Of a stretch of DNA of 64,000 nt, positions 27,374 to 39,330 are shown piece by piece. The stretch is from Octopus sinensis (lineage: Eukaryota): NCBI RefSeq assembly GCF_006345805.1, contig NC_043000.1, positions 159,340,001-159,404,000 of the forward strand, in the 5' to 3' direction. A program made the translations under genes and the position numbers. The notes below the pieces were generated by a model. The model saw only the letters and a program-made list of their open reading frames with translations. It made no database searches and was not told the DNA's origin. The stretch's first letter is position 1, and every line of letters starts with the position of its first letter.

Positions 27374-28429
27374 CTAGCAGTATCACCCGGTGTTGCTTGG
27401 GATTGTTTCTATTCTTCAGAATTGGAATTTTTGAAAAGTAAAAATTTTGCATTATGCAACTTGTTATTCTCTTCAAGTGAACATTTTTCCAGTTGAAATA
27501 CACCGAAAAATGGTGACACAGCAGTCAAAAATCGTAAAAAATAGGGATTTTCATAGAAAAAAAGCACCTTTTTGAAGTAAATAATTTTTGGTGTTAACAT
27601 GGTCCAATTTGAATTTTATCTTCTACAGAATGAAGAGCAAACCTATCATACTCTCAATTTTGGTCAACTTGCGCTGCAGGGTCTCGAAGGAGATAGTGTT
27701 ACTTGAAGGCTACCAAACCTGCCACACACAGACAACTTCAGCTTTATATATATAGATTTGCTACACGCTACTTTCCATCCTTAATAATGAAACTTGGTAG
27801 ATCCAAAAGTTAAACACACAGACACAGAAGTTGAGTTTTATATATATAGATTTCTCAACGGGGATTTCAGGGGAGAGCTTCAGGGAGTCGCTGGTGATGT
27901 ATCGTGATGATCAAAAATCCGGCCAACTAAAATTTGATTAAAATGATTCAAACTGCAGACTCAATGCAAAATGGTCACATTTAATTCAAAGCGTTAAAAA
28001 TGTTATGAAAATAATTGGTATGTGTTCACAAAGTCCAAACGATTAATACGAAAAAACCCTCCAGACTACATCCCAGAAATTCATTTCTTTGCCGAATTTC
28101 TACAATGTTTACGGCGATTCGTTTTTATCTCTTGATTTTTTATTTTTCATGCAATTTACGCATGCTTGCACGCGTGGTGAAAACAGTTCACGTCAAACAG
28201 CTGACTGAGTACAGTTCACTATTCAATGCATGGGATAAGGCCTAAACAAACACATTATCGATTTTTGTACTTGCGAGATGAATTTCGGAACAGAAATAGT
28301 GCAGTTCAATTTTCATTCGCCTAAACTTTAAGTGACCCATTTTTGGTGGTTCTACGATTTGTTGGCTAGGAGGAGATGTGCCGGGAAGTTAAACACACTG
28401 ACACACAAGTTGAGTTATATATATATAGA
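27374..28429 (-). mobile_element. Helitron stack with three 5' termini and one 3' hairpin-CTAG end
   Basis: The CTAG end is at 27374-27377. TC-starting termini (plus strand TATATATAGA|T) lie at 27756, 27850 and 28429. The latter two share AAGTTAAACACAC.GACAC..AAGTTGAGTT. Confidence 0.7.
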
Positions 28430-28432
28430 TAT

Positions 28433-28646
28433 GAGTAAATGTAATTACAAGCAAGTTAGGCAAGTTCATATACAAAAAACATTAAATACGTCCGACTTAC
28501 ACAGAATAGAGATGTCAAGATATAATCTCTATTCGATGTAAGTCGGAATATTTTTATATGTATATATATGTACATTTTTTGTATTAAATTTATTAAATGT
28601 CTTTTGTATAGCGACTTGCCTAACTTGCTTGTCCTTACATTTACTC
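28433..28646. mobile_element. Foldback MITE with a nested internal hairpin
   Basis: Inverted arms of about 50 bp (GAGTAAATGTAATTACAAGCAAGTTAGGCAAG...), with an internal hairpin at 28491-28547. Confidence 0.75.
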
Positions 28647-28732
28647 CTCAACTTGCTCAAGTTCAAATCTCTTGAGGACTACGAATTGTATTCTATACAG
28701 AGAATACCTGTCTCTAATCCATAAACTATATA

Positions 28733-28943
28733 GATCGCCATGTTGAATCGCTAGCTTCTGCACGCATTTTTTTCTCTCCTCGTTTCTCACCGTGTTTCTT
28801 TTCTGTGTATCTTTCTGTTGAAGAGCGTAGGCTCGAAACGTAAAAGACTTGTTTTATTTATATTCCTGAGCGCCATACTAATACAATTGTTTGTTTGTAC
28901 TCCACCTGCCTTCGTCTTTTGTTTATTTTCATAAAGCTTCCCG

Positions 28944-28945
<2 letters not shown>
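28733..28945 (+). mobile_element. Penelope-like pseudo-LTR or retrozyme-like fragment
   Basis: It carries the CTGNTGAAG..CGAAACG signature typical of PLE pLTRs in a pyrimidine-rich context, followed by (TA)n. Boundaries are approximate. Confidence 0.55.
28810..28847 (+). ncRNA. Minimal type I hammerhead ribozyme motif (A6U variant, probably inactive)
   Basis: TCTTT CTGTTGA A GAGC-GTAG-GCTC GAAA CG TA AAAGA. Helix I is TCTTT/AAAGA, helix II is GAGC/GCTC, helix III is the palindrome ACGT, and the predicted cleavage site follows A28842. Confidence 0.6.
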
Positions 28946-28997
<52 letters not shown>

Positions 28998-29717
28998 AGT
29001 TTACTGTTCTAAAATAATACATCGAAAAAGCTGCATTGGAGAGGGGACAAAGTCCAAAACTACAATTCTAAAGCAGTTTCAAAGTGAAAAAAAATCATTA
29101 TAGTAAAACTAATTTGTTTGTTTTCTGAATGAAACTCCGCTACAAATTTTAATATTTCAATAAGAAAAATAAATTCTAAACGATTTAACCGAATTTTCAT
29201 CCACCAAGTATCTCATATCACGTTATGTTGTTGTTGTTGTGTGTGCGCGTGTGAGAAAGTATCGCTGGTATTACCTGGATGAATGCATGATACGAAATAT
29301 ACGCCTAACATCTACAAATGAATAAAAAAAATATCAATTTAATATGAATCTATCGTTTTTATGAGAGACAGCTGGAAGGAAGGTATATAATACATCGTTT
29401 AGCCTATTTCAATTATGTGACTTTATTTTAAAATTGTACGCTCTGGCTTAAGTATCAGTAGTCGCTTCTCTTCTACCTCTCCGACTCTCTCCCTCTTTCT
29501 CTCTCACACACATATGTATGCATGTTCGTGTGTGTGTGTGTAATAACAGCTGAAAACTATCTCTGTTATAATTACTAAAAGTATCATCTTCCAAATCTTC
29601 AAATTATAACAGAAGAAACTTCAACATTTATTACATTATTAGTTGTGACCTTTTTTTACTCTCGAGTTCGTGTTTTACAGTTTTGCTTGTATTCACTAAG
29701 TATCTCCTTATCTTATC

Positions 29718-29763
<46 letters not shown>

Positions 29764-29765
<2 letters not shown>

Positions 29766-29872
29766 GAATGCAAGATACGAAATACACGCCTAACTTCTAC
29801 ATATGGATAAAATATATCTGTTTAATATGACTATATATATATATATATATATATATATCTGTTTAATATGAC

Positions 29873-29944
<72 letters not shown>

Positions 29945-30010
29945 ATATTAAACAGATATATTTTATCCATATGTAGAAGTTAGGCGCGTATTTCGTATCT
30001 TGCATTCATA
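29764..30010. repeat. Near-perfect 70-bp inverted repeat around a (TA)n spacer
   Basis: 29764-29832 is the reverse complement of 29941-30010 with one mismatch. A 20-bp partial duplicate lies inside the TA tract. Confidence 0.9.
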
Positions 30011-30455
30011 CTTACGCGCACACGAGCACACACACACACATACCTATAGAAGAACATGTAAAGTGATGTTTTTTACGGTAAAAGTCTGTCCTGATTTGCA
30101 TTTACGACGCCAAACATTGTCACTTGATTTTAACACATGGACGTAGCAGGGAATCCACAAAAATTTCTAAGACCAGTCATGTGACTATCTTCTATCAATC
30201 AAATCCTATTGAAGACAGAAACTAATGTGAGCCATAAAGACCTATAAAAATAAAGCAAGCCTCAAACACTAGTCAGAAGCAGGACAGCTGTGACATAAGC
30301 CACGTGTTTCCACTTGAATTGTTTTGAAAATCAATGTAAACTGTGAAACCAGTTAAAGCTTTAAATATATAAATAAAAAATATTTTAACTATTTTCAGTG
30401 CATTTTCAACTTCTTTTCTCCTATACATCTACCCATGTGGAATAAAATAGCTTTG

Positions 30456-30498
<43 letters not shown>

Positions 30499-30592
30499 AA
30501 CATATATATATATATATACATGTATATATACAAATATGTATACATACATACAAGAATGTGTGTGTGTGTATATATAAATATGTATACACACA

Positions 30593-30642
<50 letters not shown>

Positions 30643-30643
<1 letters not shown>

Positions 30644-30929
30644 GGGGGGGACGCAATGGCCCAGTGGTTTGGGCAGCAGACTCGCGGTTTCGATTCCCAG
30701 ACCGGGCGTTGTGAATGTTTATTGTGCGAAAACACCTAAAGCTCCACGAGGCTCCGGCAAGGGGTGGTGGCGATACATGCTGTACTCTTTCGTCACAACT
30801 TTCTCTCACTCTTTCTGCTGTTGGCCTGCTCGCTTAGCCAGCGGGATGGCGTCATTTGAAGGCTAAAACAATGCGAAGCGCATTGTGACCAGCGATGTGT
30901 AGCAACATCTGATAGCCTGGTCGGTCACG

Positions 30930-30934
<5 letters not shown>
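30643..30934 (+). mobile_element. SINE family R, tail type C
   Basis: R head and body followed by CTGTTGGCCTGCTCGCTTAGCCAGCGG...GGTCGGTCACGGTGAT. Flanked by (TA)n. Confidence 0.9.
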
Positions 30935-30994
<60 letters not shown>

Positions 30995-33559
30995 TATATA
31001 TATGAAAAGGTTGAGCTCTGTTTCATTTACTTTGAAGAGCTCCAAAGGGCTATTTCTAACAAAGACGCTTCATATTTTGTTGGTAGCCTACTGGCGTAAG
31101 ATTCTTGCGAATATGAAATTATTATATATATATGGTGTGTGATGAGAATGTATGGAAAGGTATCCCACAGAAACTCAACAAACTGTTGAAGATGGATACG
31201 AGATGTTAAAATTTGAAAAAAGTATTTTAATATATACATACGATCGTTTCGAACAGAAATATTAACATGTAAATAACATGGTAGAATAATTAGAAATTAT
31301 TTTAATTAAATTAATCACATATCGCTGTTCTCCTCAGTGCGAAAAAGAAACAAAAAATATTTATAGGGCCCAAAATTTCTCAAAACCTTTACTTCAACGA
31401 AACATAAAAAAAAGCCAAAAGGAAAACTTCATCGATAGCAACAACCCAGTCTTCATTGTACAAAAACTACAAGCTCACGTACATAGTTTCTTCTCGCTAC
31501 AGTTTCTACCGTTACTACTGTAGCATCTCTGCCTCTGAAATAATTAGCTGCATATTCACACAAGCCCAACTGACGAAATATCTTTATCTCACCTTTACTA
31601 TGTGTCATCTCCCAAATCTCAGACCTACACCTTCTCTGGTCTGAACATTTCATCTATTCGTTTCTCCCCAAAACTGCCTGCAATTGCACCTCCTCCACAA
31701 ACGTCTGTGTGCAGACACAGACCTACCTTTAAAAGTAAACATCACCCAAATAAATTTTGTTCTTTTCTTAGCTAGCAAAGCAAAGAAAAAAAACTAAAGC
31801 AAAAGCATTTAGCTTTAAATATGTAGCATGGTCTACTAGAAGCTCCGTTGCAATTAGCAGCAACGAAACTGTAAAATTAAATAGAGATTCGTTAGCTTGT
31901 GATGCTTAAGTTCAACAGCTAATAAATAGCTCGAAGTGAGATGATCTCCAGTTGTATGATTTGCCGAAGACTTTCAGCATGTACATAATATGTAATTCTT
32001 CTGTGGTTTCTGTAGTATCCAATAGCTAAATGGAATAAATATAATATACCATGCTCACAGACACAATGAAAGTTCAGCAACTAGAGATACACTGAATAAC
32101 CAAGAGTTAGTAACCCGACACCGCATCCGACAAGCTATTTCACTACTCATACAACATATTACACCATAATTCATTTAGAACCCAACATTTAGGACATGTT
32201 TATTCTCCGTCATGTTATGATGATCACTTGTTCAAATAACAAAAGACTTCGAGTAATAAATCTTTCACAAAACGAAAATGTAATTGGTTTTATTGTATAG
32301 CACTGTAGTTATTTGTTTGACTTATGGCTGCATTCGGTGTCGTTCTGCACAAAGAACACTTCATGATTATGTGAATGTTTGTTTGTTTGTGTGTTTGTGT
32401 GTGTGAACTTAAAACAAAAGCTTACACACACCCTCACCTTTTTCGTCTTCCATAATGACAGCATTTAACATTCCATAAATATTTAAATGTTGGTTTGCTT
32501 ATAATAAATATAAGTCTATATAGAAACACACATACATATGCTAAGACACCATGCACGCACGTATGAACACGCACAAACACGTATTATATACATACAAGTG
32601 TAAATATACATGTGCGTGTATACAAATACATTTCTGTAGGCATACATGTGTGGGTGAGAGAGTGTGCCTGTGAGTGTGTATACGTGTGAGCATGAATGTG
32701 TGCATGTGTGTGTAACATAGGATGATTATTAGAATGTGGGTTGGGTTTCCGTCACTTATACTATAAACACTTGAGGTTATAACATTGAAACATAATAACT
32801 CAGGTCAAGTCAACCTCATAAAAAACTAGAGTTCAGTGTCGTAAATTTAAAATTTTTAACTGCCACATGCTGTGAAACTAACCGCTAACATAATTTATTG
32901 TTTAAAATTCGTTGTCAGACAACACACAGTCATTTTTATTAGTGTGTGACGTGCATGTGAGCTTGTGCGCTTGCGTATAATGTACTTATGTCTCTGTGTA
33001 GCAGCTTCATTTTGTCATCTGCTCAGAGCTGATTTTGTACGTAGACAGTGAAATTATATTAGTAAACTGTTTCGAGATTTCCAATGAAATATTTCATAAG
33101 GTAAATAAAAATGGAAAACAATACAGAACATATGAGTTAATTCTAATAATTCTATTTACGAAGGTAGTTCCATATGGTATTTCTAGTCATAAGGATATAT
33201 ATCTTGATATATTTCTGGATTATATGAAAGTATGAAAATTATGGATTGGTTTATAAGATACACAGCCAGTCCAAAGTATTTAAAACTTATACTGAATCAA
33301 TAATCTATTTGCTCTGGAAAAGATCACATAATATTAGCCGTATACTAAATAACATATATGCTCTACTACATGATGTAAGAGACTGAGAAATCATGCATGA
33401 TTCTGAATGAACCGAATCAAAATAAATAACTAACATTTTCAAGCGGTTGATAAACCGGCAGGTTCTCTCTAGAAGTTATAGCTCCTGAAAATTGTATCAA
33501 TTTATGGTAAGAATTACATTTATAAGGACATACATCTGTTATCTTTCACGTTTCTTGTT

Positions 33560-33885
33560 AAACTCATTGGACTACGGCCATGCGAGTGCACCAACTTGAA
33601 GTGTTTTGATCAAACAAATCGAGACCAGAGCCTAATTTTTTAAAGCCGGGTACTTCCTCTATTGGTATCTTTGGCCGAATCACTAGGTTGTAGAGGATGG
33701 AAACAAATCAACACCGGTTGTCAAGCGGTTGTGGGAGAAAAACACACACATATATACGATGGACTTCTTCCAGTTTCCATCTACCAAATTCATTCACAAA
33801 GCTTTGGTCGGCCCCGGGTTATAGTATAAGACATTTGCCCAAGGTTCCACACAGTAGGACAAAACCCGGAATCATGTTGGAGTCA
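33560..33885 (-). mobile_element. SINE family C, diverged
   Basis: Collinear match to 40060-40420. Confidence 0.75.
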
Positions 33886-34061
33886 TTGGTAACCTGACTT
33901 TGATATACACGTCTGGATTCTGGTCGTAAAAGCATTTATATGACACAAAATTCAATGAGACAAAATAGCTTTTTGAAGTCCTGGACTCACAGTTTGATGG
34001 CTCCAACAAATGGATGTGTGAAAGAGTACTAGTAGATACATCTATACACTGATAACTAACG

Positions 34062-34096
<35 letters not shown>

Positions 34097-34218
34097 ATAT
34101 ATATATAATTGAAAAATAGCATAAAATCTTTATAAGAATTTATCAAGTAGTTAGCGTGAAAACCTCTTAAGGGAAAAATCCATCAATTATTCCTCTTAAA
34201 TATATTTACTTACATTAA

Positions 34219-34746
34219 ATGGCATTACTATACATAAATGCCTCACGCTAGGAGGGACTCTTAAAGTAAAAACTACCATAATAAATAAACACATTGTACC
34301 GAACTCGAGAGAATGCAACTCTCGAAGCGAGCATTTTAAAAACATAATTCAGCTGCATATCATATGATTTCATAATTAGTGCACAAAATGCACTTTTTAA
34401 TCGTCAGTGCAAGCATAATTCAAGATACATAGAATGAACAAAAAATCAACATACCACACAAACACCAAATGTATCCAGCATAGTACATAGAATTGTTCAC
34501 ACTTATAAACCTATGTAAAAAGCGGGCTTTTCGAATTGTTTCTTGAATTATGCTCGCACTGACAAATAAAAAGTGCATTTTGTGCATTAATTACGAAATC
34601 ATATGATATGCAGCTGAATTCTGTTTTTAAAATGCTCGCTTCGAGAGTTGCATACCCTCGAATTCGATACAATGTATTTATTTATCATGGCAGTTTTGAC
34701 TTAAAGAGTCCCTCCTAGCGTGAGGCATTTATGTATAGTAATGCCC
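34219..34746. mobile_element. TTAA-flanked MITE with ~200-bp TIRs (Kolobok- or piggyBac-type)
   Basis: The arms at 34219-~34415 and ~34540-34746 are reverse complements. TTAA lies at 34215-34218 and 34747-34750. The purine-rich terminus (GGGC on the intact right end) fits Kolobok better. Confidence 0.8.
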
Positions 34747-36079
34747 TTAATATAAGTATATATATATATATATATATCACATACCTACAAATGCAAAAAT
34801 ACGCCATAGATACCTATACTCAAACACACACTCTTGTTATGCAATTATTTACATAGACCCATATTTATTAATGTACTTTCAGCTATATGTATGCACTGGT
34901 GTATATATCACTATATGTTCACTCAAATATAGAATAACTATGAATGCATTCACGTATATAACGTAATGCCTTACAGTATTTAGCTAATTGACTTACCTAT
35001 TTTAGTGCTCAATAAAATCTCTATCAATCAAATATTCGGATTGATATACTTTTATATAAATCCCTCAGAAACTTGTATTGTTGTATTTGTTATAAATCAT
35101 TACATTTAAGGATTGAATGATGGAATGGTAGCAACGATAGTTACGACACTTCACAAACCAAATTTAAATTAGGCGAGAGCAAACTCCGTTAATTTATTAT
35201 AACCATGGGCATATATTAAAAATTATTTTTATTACTAATCATTAACCTTTTTTTTTTTTCATGAAAAATTTATAAAATTCCTGTAATGCATTTCATTTAT
35301 TGAAACACATAGAGAAGAGATAAGAGATATTTACAGAAGAGATAATCTTCAGAATTTTCTGCTGAAAATGCTGAATTTGTATTCATATTTTTAGTAATTT
35401 TTTTTATGGGATATTGAAGAAAACCTGTGAACTCAGCATTTTTAACGGGAAATTCATGTATACAAATAGTGCATGATTTCCAAGGCTGGCGAACTTGTAT
35501 GTTACCTTATGTCTATCTTGCATAAACAGATTTTCGAAGTATGCACAGTTTAGATTTGTATCGCAGAATTTTTCTTTCAAAAATAATCTAAATATTTACG
35601 AAAATTCTTATCTGTTTCAAACAGCTGATACAGTGTTTGACAATGTTCGTAGTTTTACGTATTTCCAAAACAGACGGACTGAATTCCTGCAAAGGAAGCA
35701 AGCGAAATAGTGGAGTACTGCTGTAGTTCCATTTAAAAATTAGGTCACTCTTAACGCACAAATTAATTACTATTGGTGTTCTAAGCATGATCACCCTGCT
35801 CATGACAGCCTTACCTAATTTATCTCTTCTTTTGTAAGTCGGTACGCAAGAATATATAGATGGAAATTTGGTTGATCTATACAATGCCAAGATGTAGCGA
35901 AGAACCAAGTTAATACAATACCGAACAATCAACTGAGGAGATGGCCTTAACGTAACGCCGCGTTGTGTTCCTGTCCAAGACACCTAGATATCAAACACAT
36001 AGACCACCTAGTTATAAAGAAGTAACTCCTACGAGGGAACTTCAAAGTGGTCGATCTACCAGCTGCTAAATAAATACCT

Positions 36080-36205
36080 AATTGGTACTTATTTCACTGA
36101 CCCCGAAAGGACTTCTCAGCGGAATTTCAACTCTAACTCCAAAACGGACGAAAAACCACAAAGCATTTTGTCCGATATGCTAACGATTCTACTAGCTCGC
36201 CGTCT
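36080..36205 (-). mobile_element. SINE family M fragment
   Basis: Diverged head plus part of the core. Confidence 0.65.
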
Positions 36206-36246
36206 TACTACTACTACTACTACTACTAAAAATAATAATAATAATT

Positions 36247-36625
36247 GAGAAAGAAAGCAAATTCTGCGGGATCTTAGATATAGCATACCTAGCTTACAAC
36301 AAGGTATGCGATAAGGAAGAAAGAAAAGTCGATAGACATGACAGGTTAGCTTGGGAGGTTAAGTAGTTTTGGTTGAGGAAAAAGTAGGTAGTAGTACTAA
36401 CAATTATCGCAGCCCTGGAAACAATAAGTAAAATCTTGAGAAGTACATGGAATAAGTAGGGGCTGCAATAAGGTTGGAGCACTTGCAGAGAACAACACTG
36501 CTTGGAACCGCTCGAATAATCCGGAAGATGCTCGAAAAATAAGAGGTGTTACCTAAGTTCACTGGTAGTGAACAGCTGACACCGTAGTGCATCTCCAGCG
36601 TTAGAAGCTGTGCAAAGGTGGTGGT
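36247..36625 (+). mobile_element. R4/Dong-like RLE LINE, 3' fragment 1
   Basis: It translates to FCGILDIAY..KEERKVDRHDRLAWEVK..LQRTTLLGTARIIRKMLEK*. TAA repeats lie on both sides. Confidence 0.8.
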
Positions 36626-36638
36626 AATAATAATAATA

Positions 36639-36695
<57 letters not shown>

Positions 36696-36700
36696 ATTAT
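36626..36700. repeat. (TAA)n(TGA)n(TTA)n tract
   Basis: Read directly. The tract is shared between the tails of two opposed LINEs. Confidence 0.95.
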
Positions 36701-37255
36701 TATTCTATTGGCCACAAGGGCTCACTTAAATAACATTAAAGACAAAAACAGGACAATACAATGAGCTTTCGCGTGTACGCAATATAAATAACAGTTAAAA
36801 ATTGAAGAAATTAAGATCCTAATAGGGGTGGCACACGGGTTCCTGAACAACAGGGCAAGAGTCGTTCTCTATTCAACAAACTTGCTACAAGGCAACACTT
36901 CCCTCTCCACCCTCAACTTCCAGTCAAACTTGAAAAAGTTGATGAGGGCTTGACCAAAGAGGAAAGTGTCTGTCTTTAGCCCTTTCAAACGGGTTCACCA
37001 TACTAGCTCTTTCGCTACAGTCACTAGACAAATAAAAATTGCCCCCCCCCCGGCCAAAAGAGGGAGGTAGAGCAATCTTCAAAATGGATTCAGCTGATAG
37101 CCGAATCATTCCACACGCGATAGCAGGTGTTCGACATATACCCATAGGTCAGCAATACTCGGGTAGTGGACTAGGGCGTGCACAACGGTTTCATCGATCT
37201 GGGCGCACCTTGGCAAATATAAAAACATTGTACATGAAGAAAAAAGTTTCATCAA
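36700..37255 (-). mobile_element. Tx1-like LINE 3' fragment
   Basis: The minus strand gives PRCAQIDETVVHALVHYPSIADLWVYVEHLLSR..RLSAESILKIA..LVTVAKELVW*TRLKG, a zinc-knuckle region of L1/Tx1 type. The 3' UTR ends GAGCCCTTGTGGCCAATAGAATAAT. Confidence 0.7.
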
Positions 37256-37299
37256 TGTGGACTATAGTATGAAGAATATTTGGTAAACAGTGACGAAGA

Positions 37300-38250
37300 A
37301 TTGCTACAATGTACAGCAGACGATATGGGTATAACTGCAGATGAATCGATTGGTTAGGAGATGTTTAACGAAAGAATCGAAGAGAAGAGAAAGGAGGATC
37401 TTCTGGAAATGAGAGTGCATGTTCAGTTTCAAAGAGACACACTGATATGAAGGGTAACAACACCGTGGGTATGGCTTAAGCAAGGCGATATAAAGCGTAC
37501 CGCTGGAAGCCTTATAACTACACCATAAGACTAAACTCTTGCAGCCAATTAGGTTAAGTATAATATGTACGAAACTTCTGGCACTCAGAAATGCAGGTTC
37601 TGTGAAAAGAATTAGAAAATGTAACCCATTTGATAAACGGGTGTAAGAGCCTTACGCAAAAACAATGCAAGCGTCACCATGATAAAGTTTGAGGGTGCCT
37701 TTATTAGATTTTATATCGTAAATACCAACACAAAGTAACAAAATATTGGCATGAGCATGTTCCGAGCCAAGTAATGCAGGAAGATGGGAAAACAACCAAA
37801 TGTTGGGATTAGCATTTTCTAACTAAAAAAGTAACTGAGCATCACTGACAGGATATGGTCGTATTAAACAAGAAAAGAAATACTGTTAGATCATTGACGT
37901 AGCCATACCAAATGATATGAATATAGCGTGTAAAGAGGTTGAAAACATCATCTAGTAGGCCAAAATGAAAGTGGAGATGACCAGGCTGTTTGGAATGCGA
38001 GAGTTATATAAAACTGATACCAGCTGTGATGAGGTATTTAGGGTCAATCTCATTCAAACTTCAAGTCTTCTTAAAGCGCTTGCGAATACCTTCTAAGATT
38101 GGTGATATACAAAAATCGGCTTTCTCGGGTAAGTACTGCGCACATTTCAAGGAAAGCATTCTGAAGTCTTTGTTGTGACTTGGCAGAGACTAACTACTCC
38201 GGTGCATTTTACATCTACACTGTGTGAGAAAGTAATAATAATAGTACTAA
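37300..38250 (+). mobile_element. R4/Dong-like RLE LINE, 3' fragment 2
   Basis: It translates to WLKQGDIKR..KCRFCEK..ENVTHLINGC..RHHDKV..WHEHVP..IIDVAIPND..IQKSAF, covering the CCHC knuckle and RLE. It ends in a TAA tail. Confidence 0.85.
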
Positions 38251-38255
38251 TAAAG

Positions 38256-39330
38256 TTGATGCCAAAATCCGAAAGCTAATGACAATGCATCGTTTGCATA
38301 AATCAAAAGCAGACATACTAGCTCGATTATACCTTCCGCGATTAAAAAAAATCGTTTGCGGGTTAAAACAGTACCAACTTTCATAGAAAATTGCAACCAT
38401 GGAATTCTCTGCGTCCTTGCAACAAAGAAACGATTGAATGTTAAAACTGGGTCTCAAACAAAAAGATACCAAAAAGCTGCACTCAGTGACGAAAGATGCA
38501 ATAATATACCTTCTGGAAATGCAGCAAGATGAACCAGTACTGGAAGAAAATGTGTCTCCAACAGAAAATAAAAATAAAATAAACATATAACTAAACAAAT
38601 CAACCTTTATTACACTAAGAAGAAATAAGAGTAAAAATCCACAGCCTAGTAAATGCCCAATTAGAGCCAAGGATCGTGGTGAATACCAAACTCTTACCCA
38701 TCAGAGGCTGGTATACTCTGGTCCCCAGCCGGAAACTGAGGGTTATATTATTGCTGCTTAGGATCAGCAATAATATAGCAGAAAATATCTAGAGAGAATC
38801 AATGACATAATCTCTCGATGCGGCCGACTGACATCAGCAAAATACTTGGAACGACATGGCAACACAGCTCACTACGTACATTGAACCAATGTGCCGGACA
38901 TACCAATCAGTTGATGGGGGACATAGCATATCACGAGTTGTGCAGGGTGCTGAAGTTAACATTATTTGGAATTTCAGAGTTTAGACTGATCGGGAAATTC
39001 AAACTAACCAACCAGATAATGTCAAAAATCATATGGAAAAGATGTCTGTTAATGAATGCTTCAGTCTCAGCTGACAAAATACATTTGAGAAAACACTTGA
39101 GAAATTGAACAAATATAAAGACGGAGAGATAGAAATCAGAAGAATGTGGCATCTCAAAGCGACAACTTTACCTATTGTTACTGGGGAACTTGGAATGACA
39201 GTAAAAGAGGCAAACAAATAAGTTTACCAAATTCTTAGCAAGCCCTAGATAAGTGAATTGCAAAAATATCGTTCTCATGGGTACTTCATATATTTTATGT
39301 GAATTCCTCTCCATATAAATGCAATCTTAT
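38256..39330 (+). mobile_element. R4/Dong-like RLE LINE, 3' fragment 3
   Basis: It translates to DAKIRKLMTMHRLHKSKAD..RLYLPR..ETEGYIIAA*DQ..EKLNKYKDGEIEIRRMWHLK..LPIVTGELG..VLMGTSYIL, with many stops. Confidence 0.85.
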
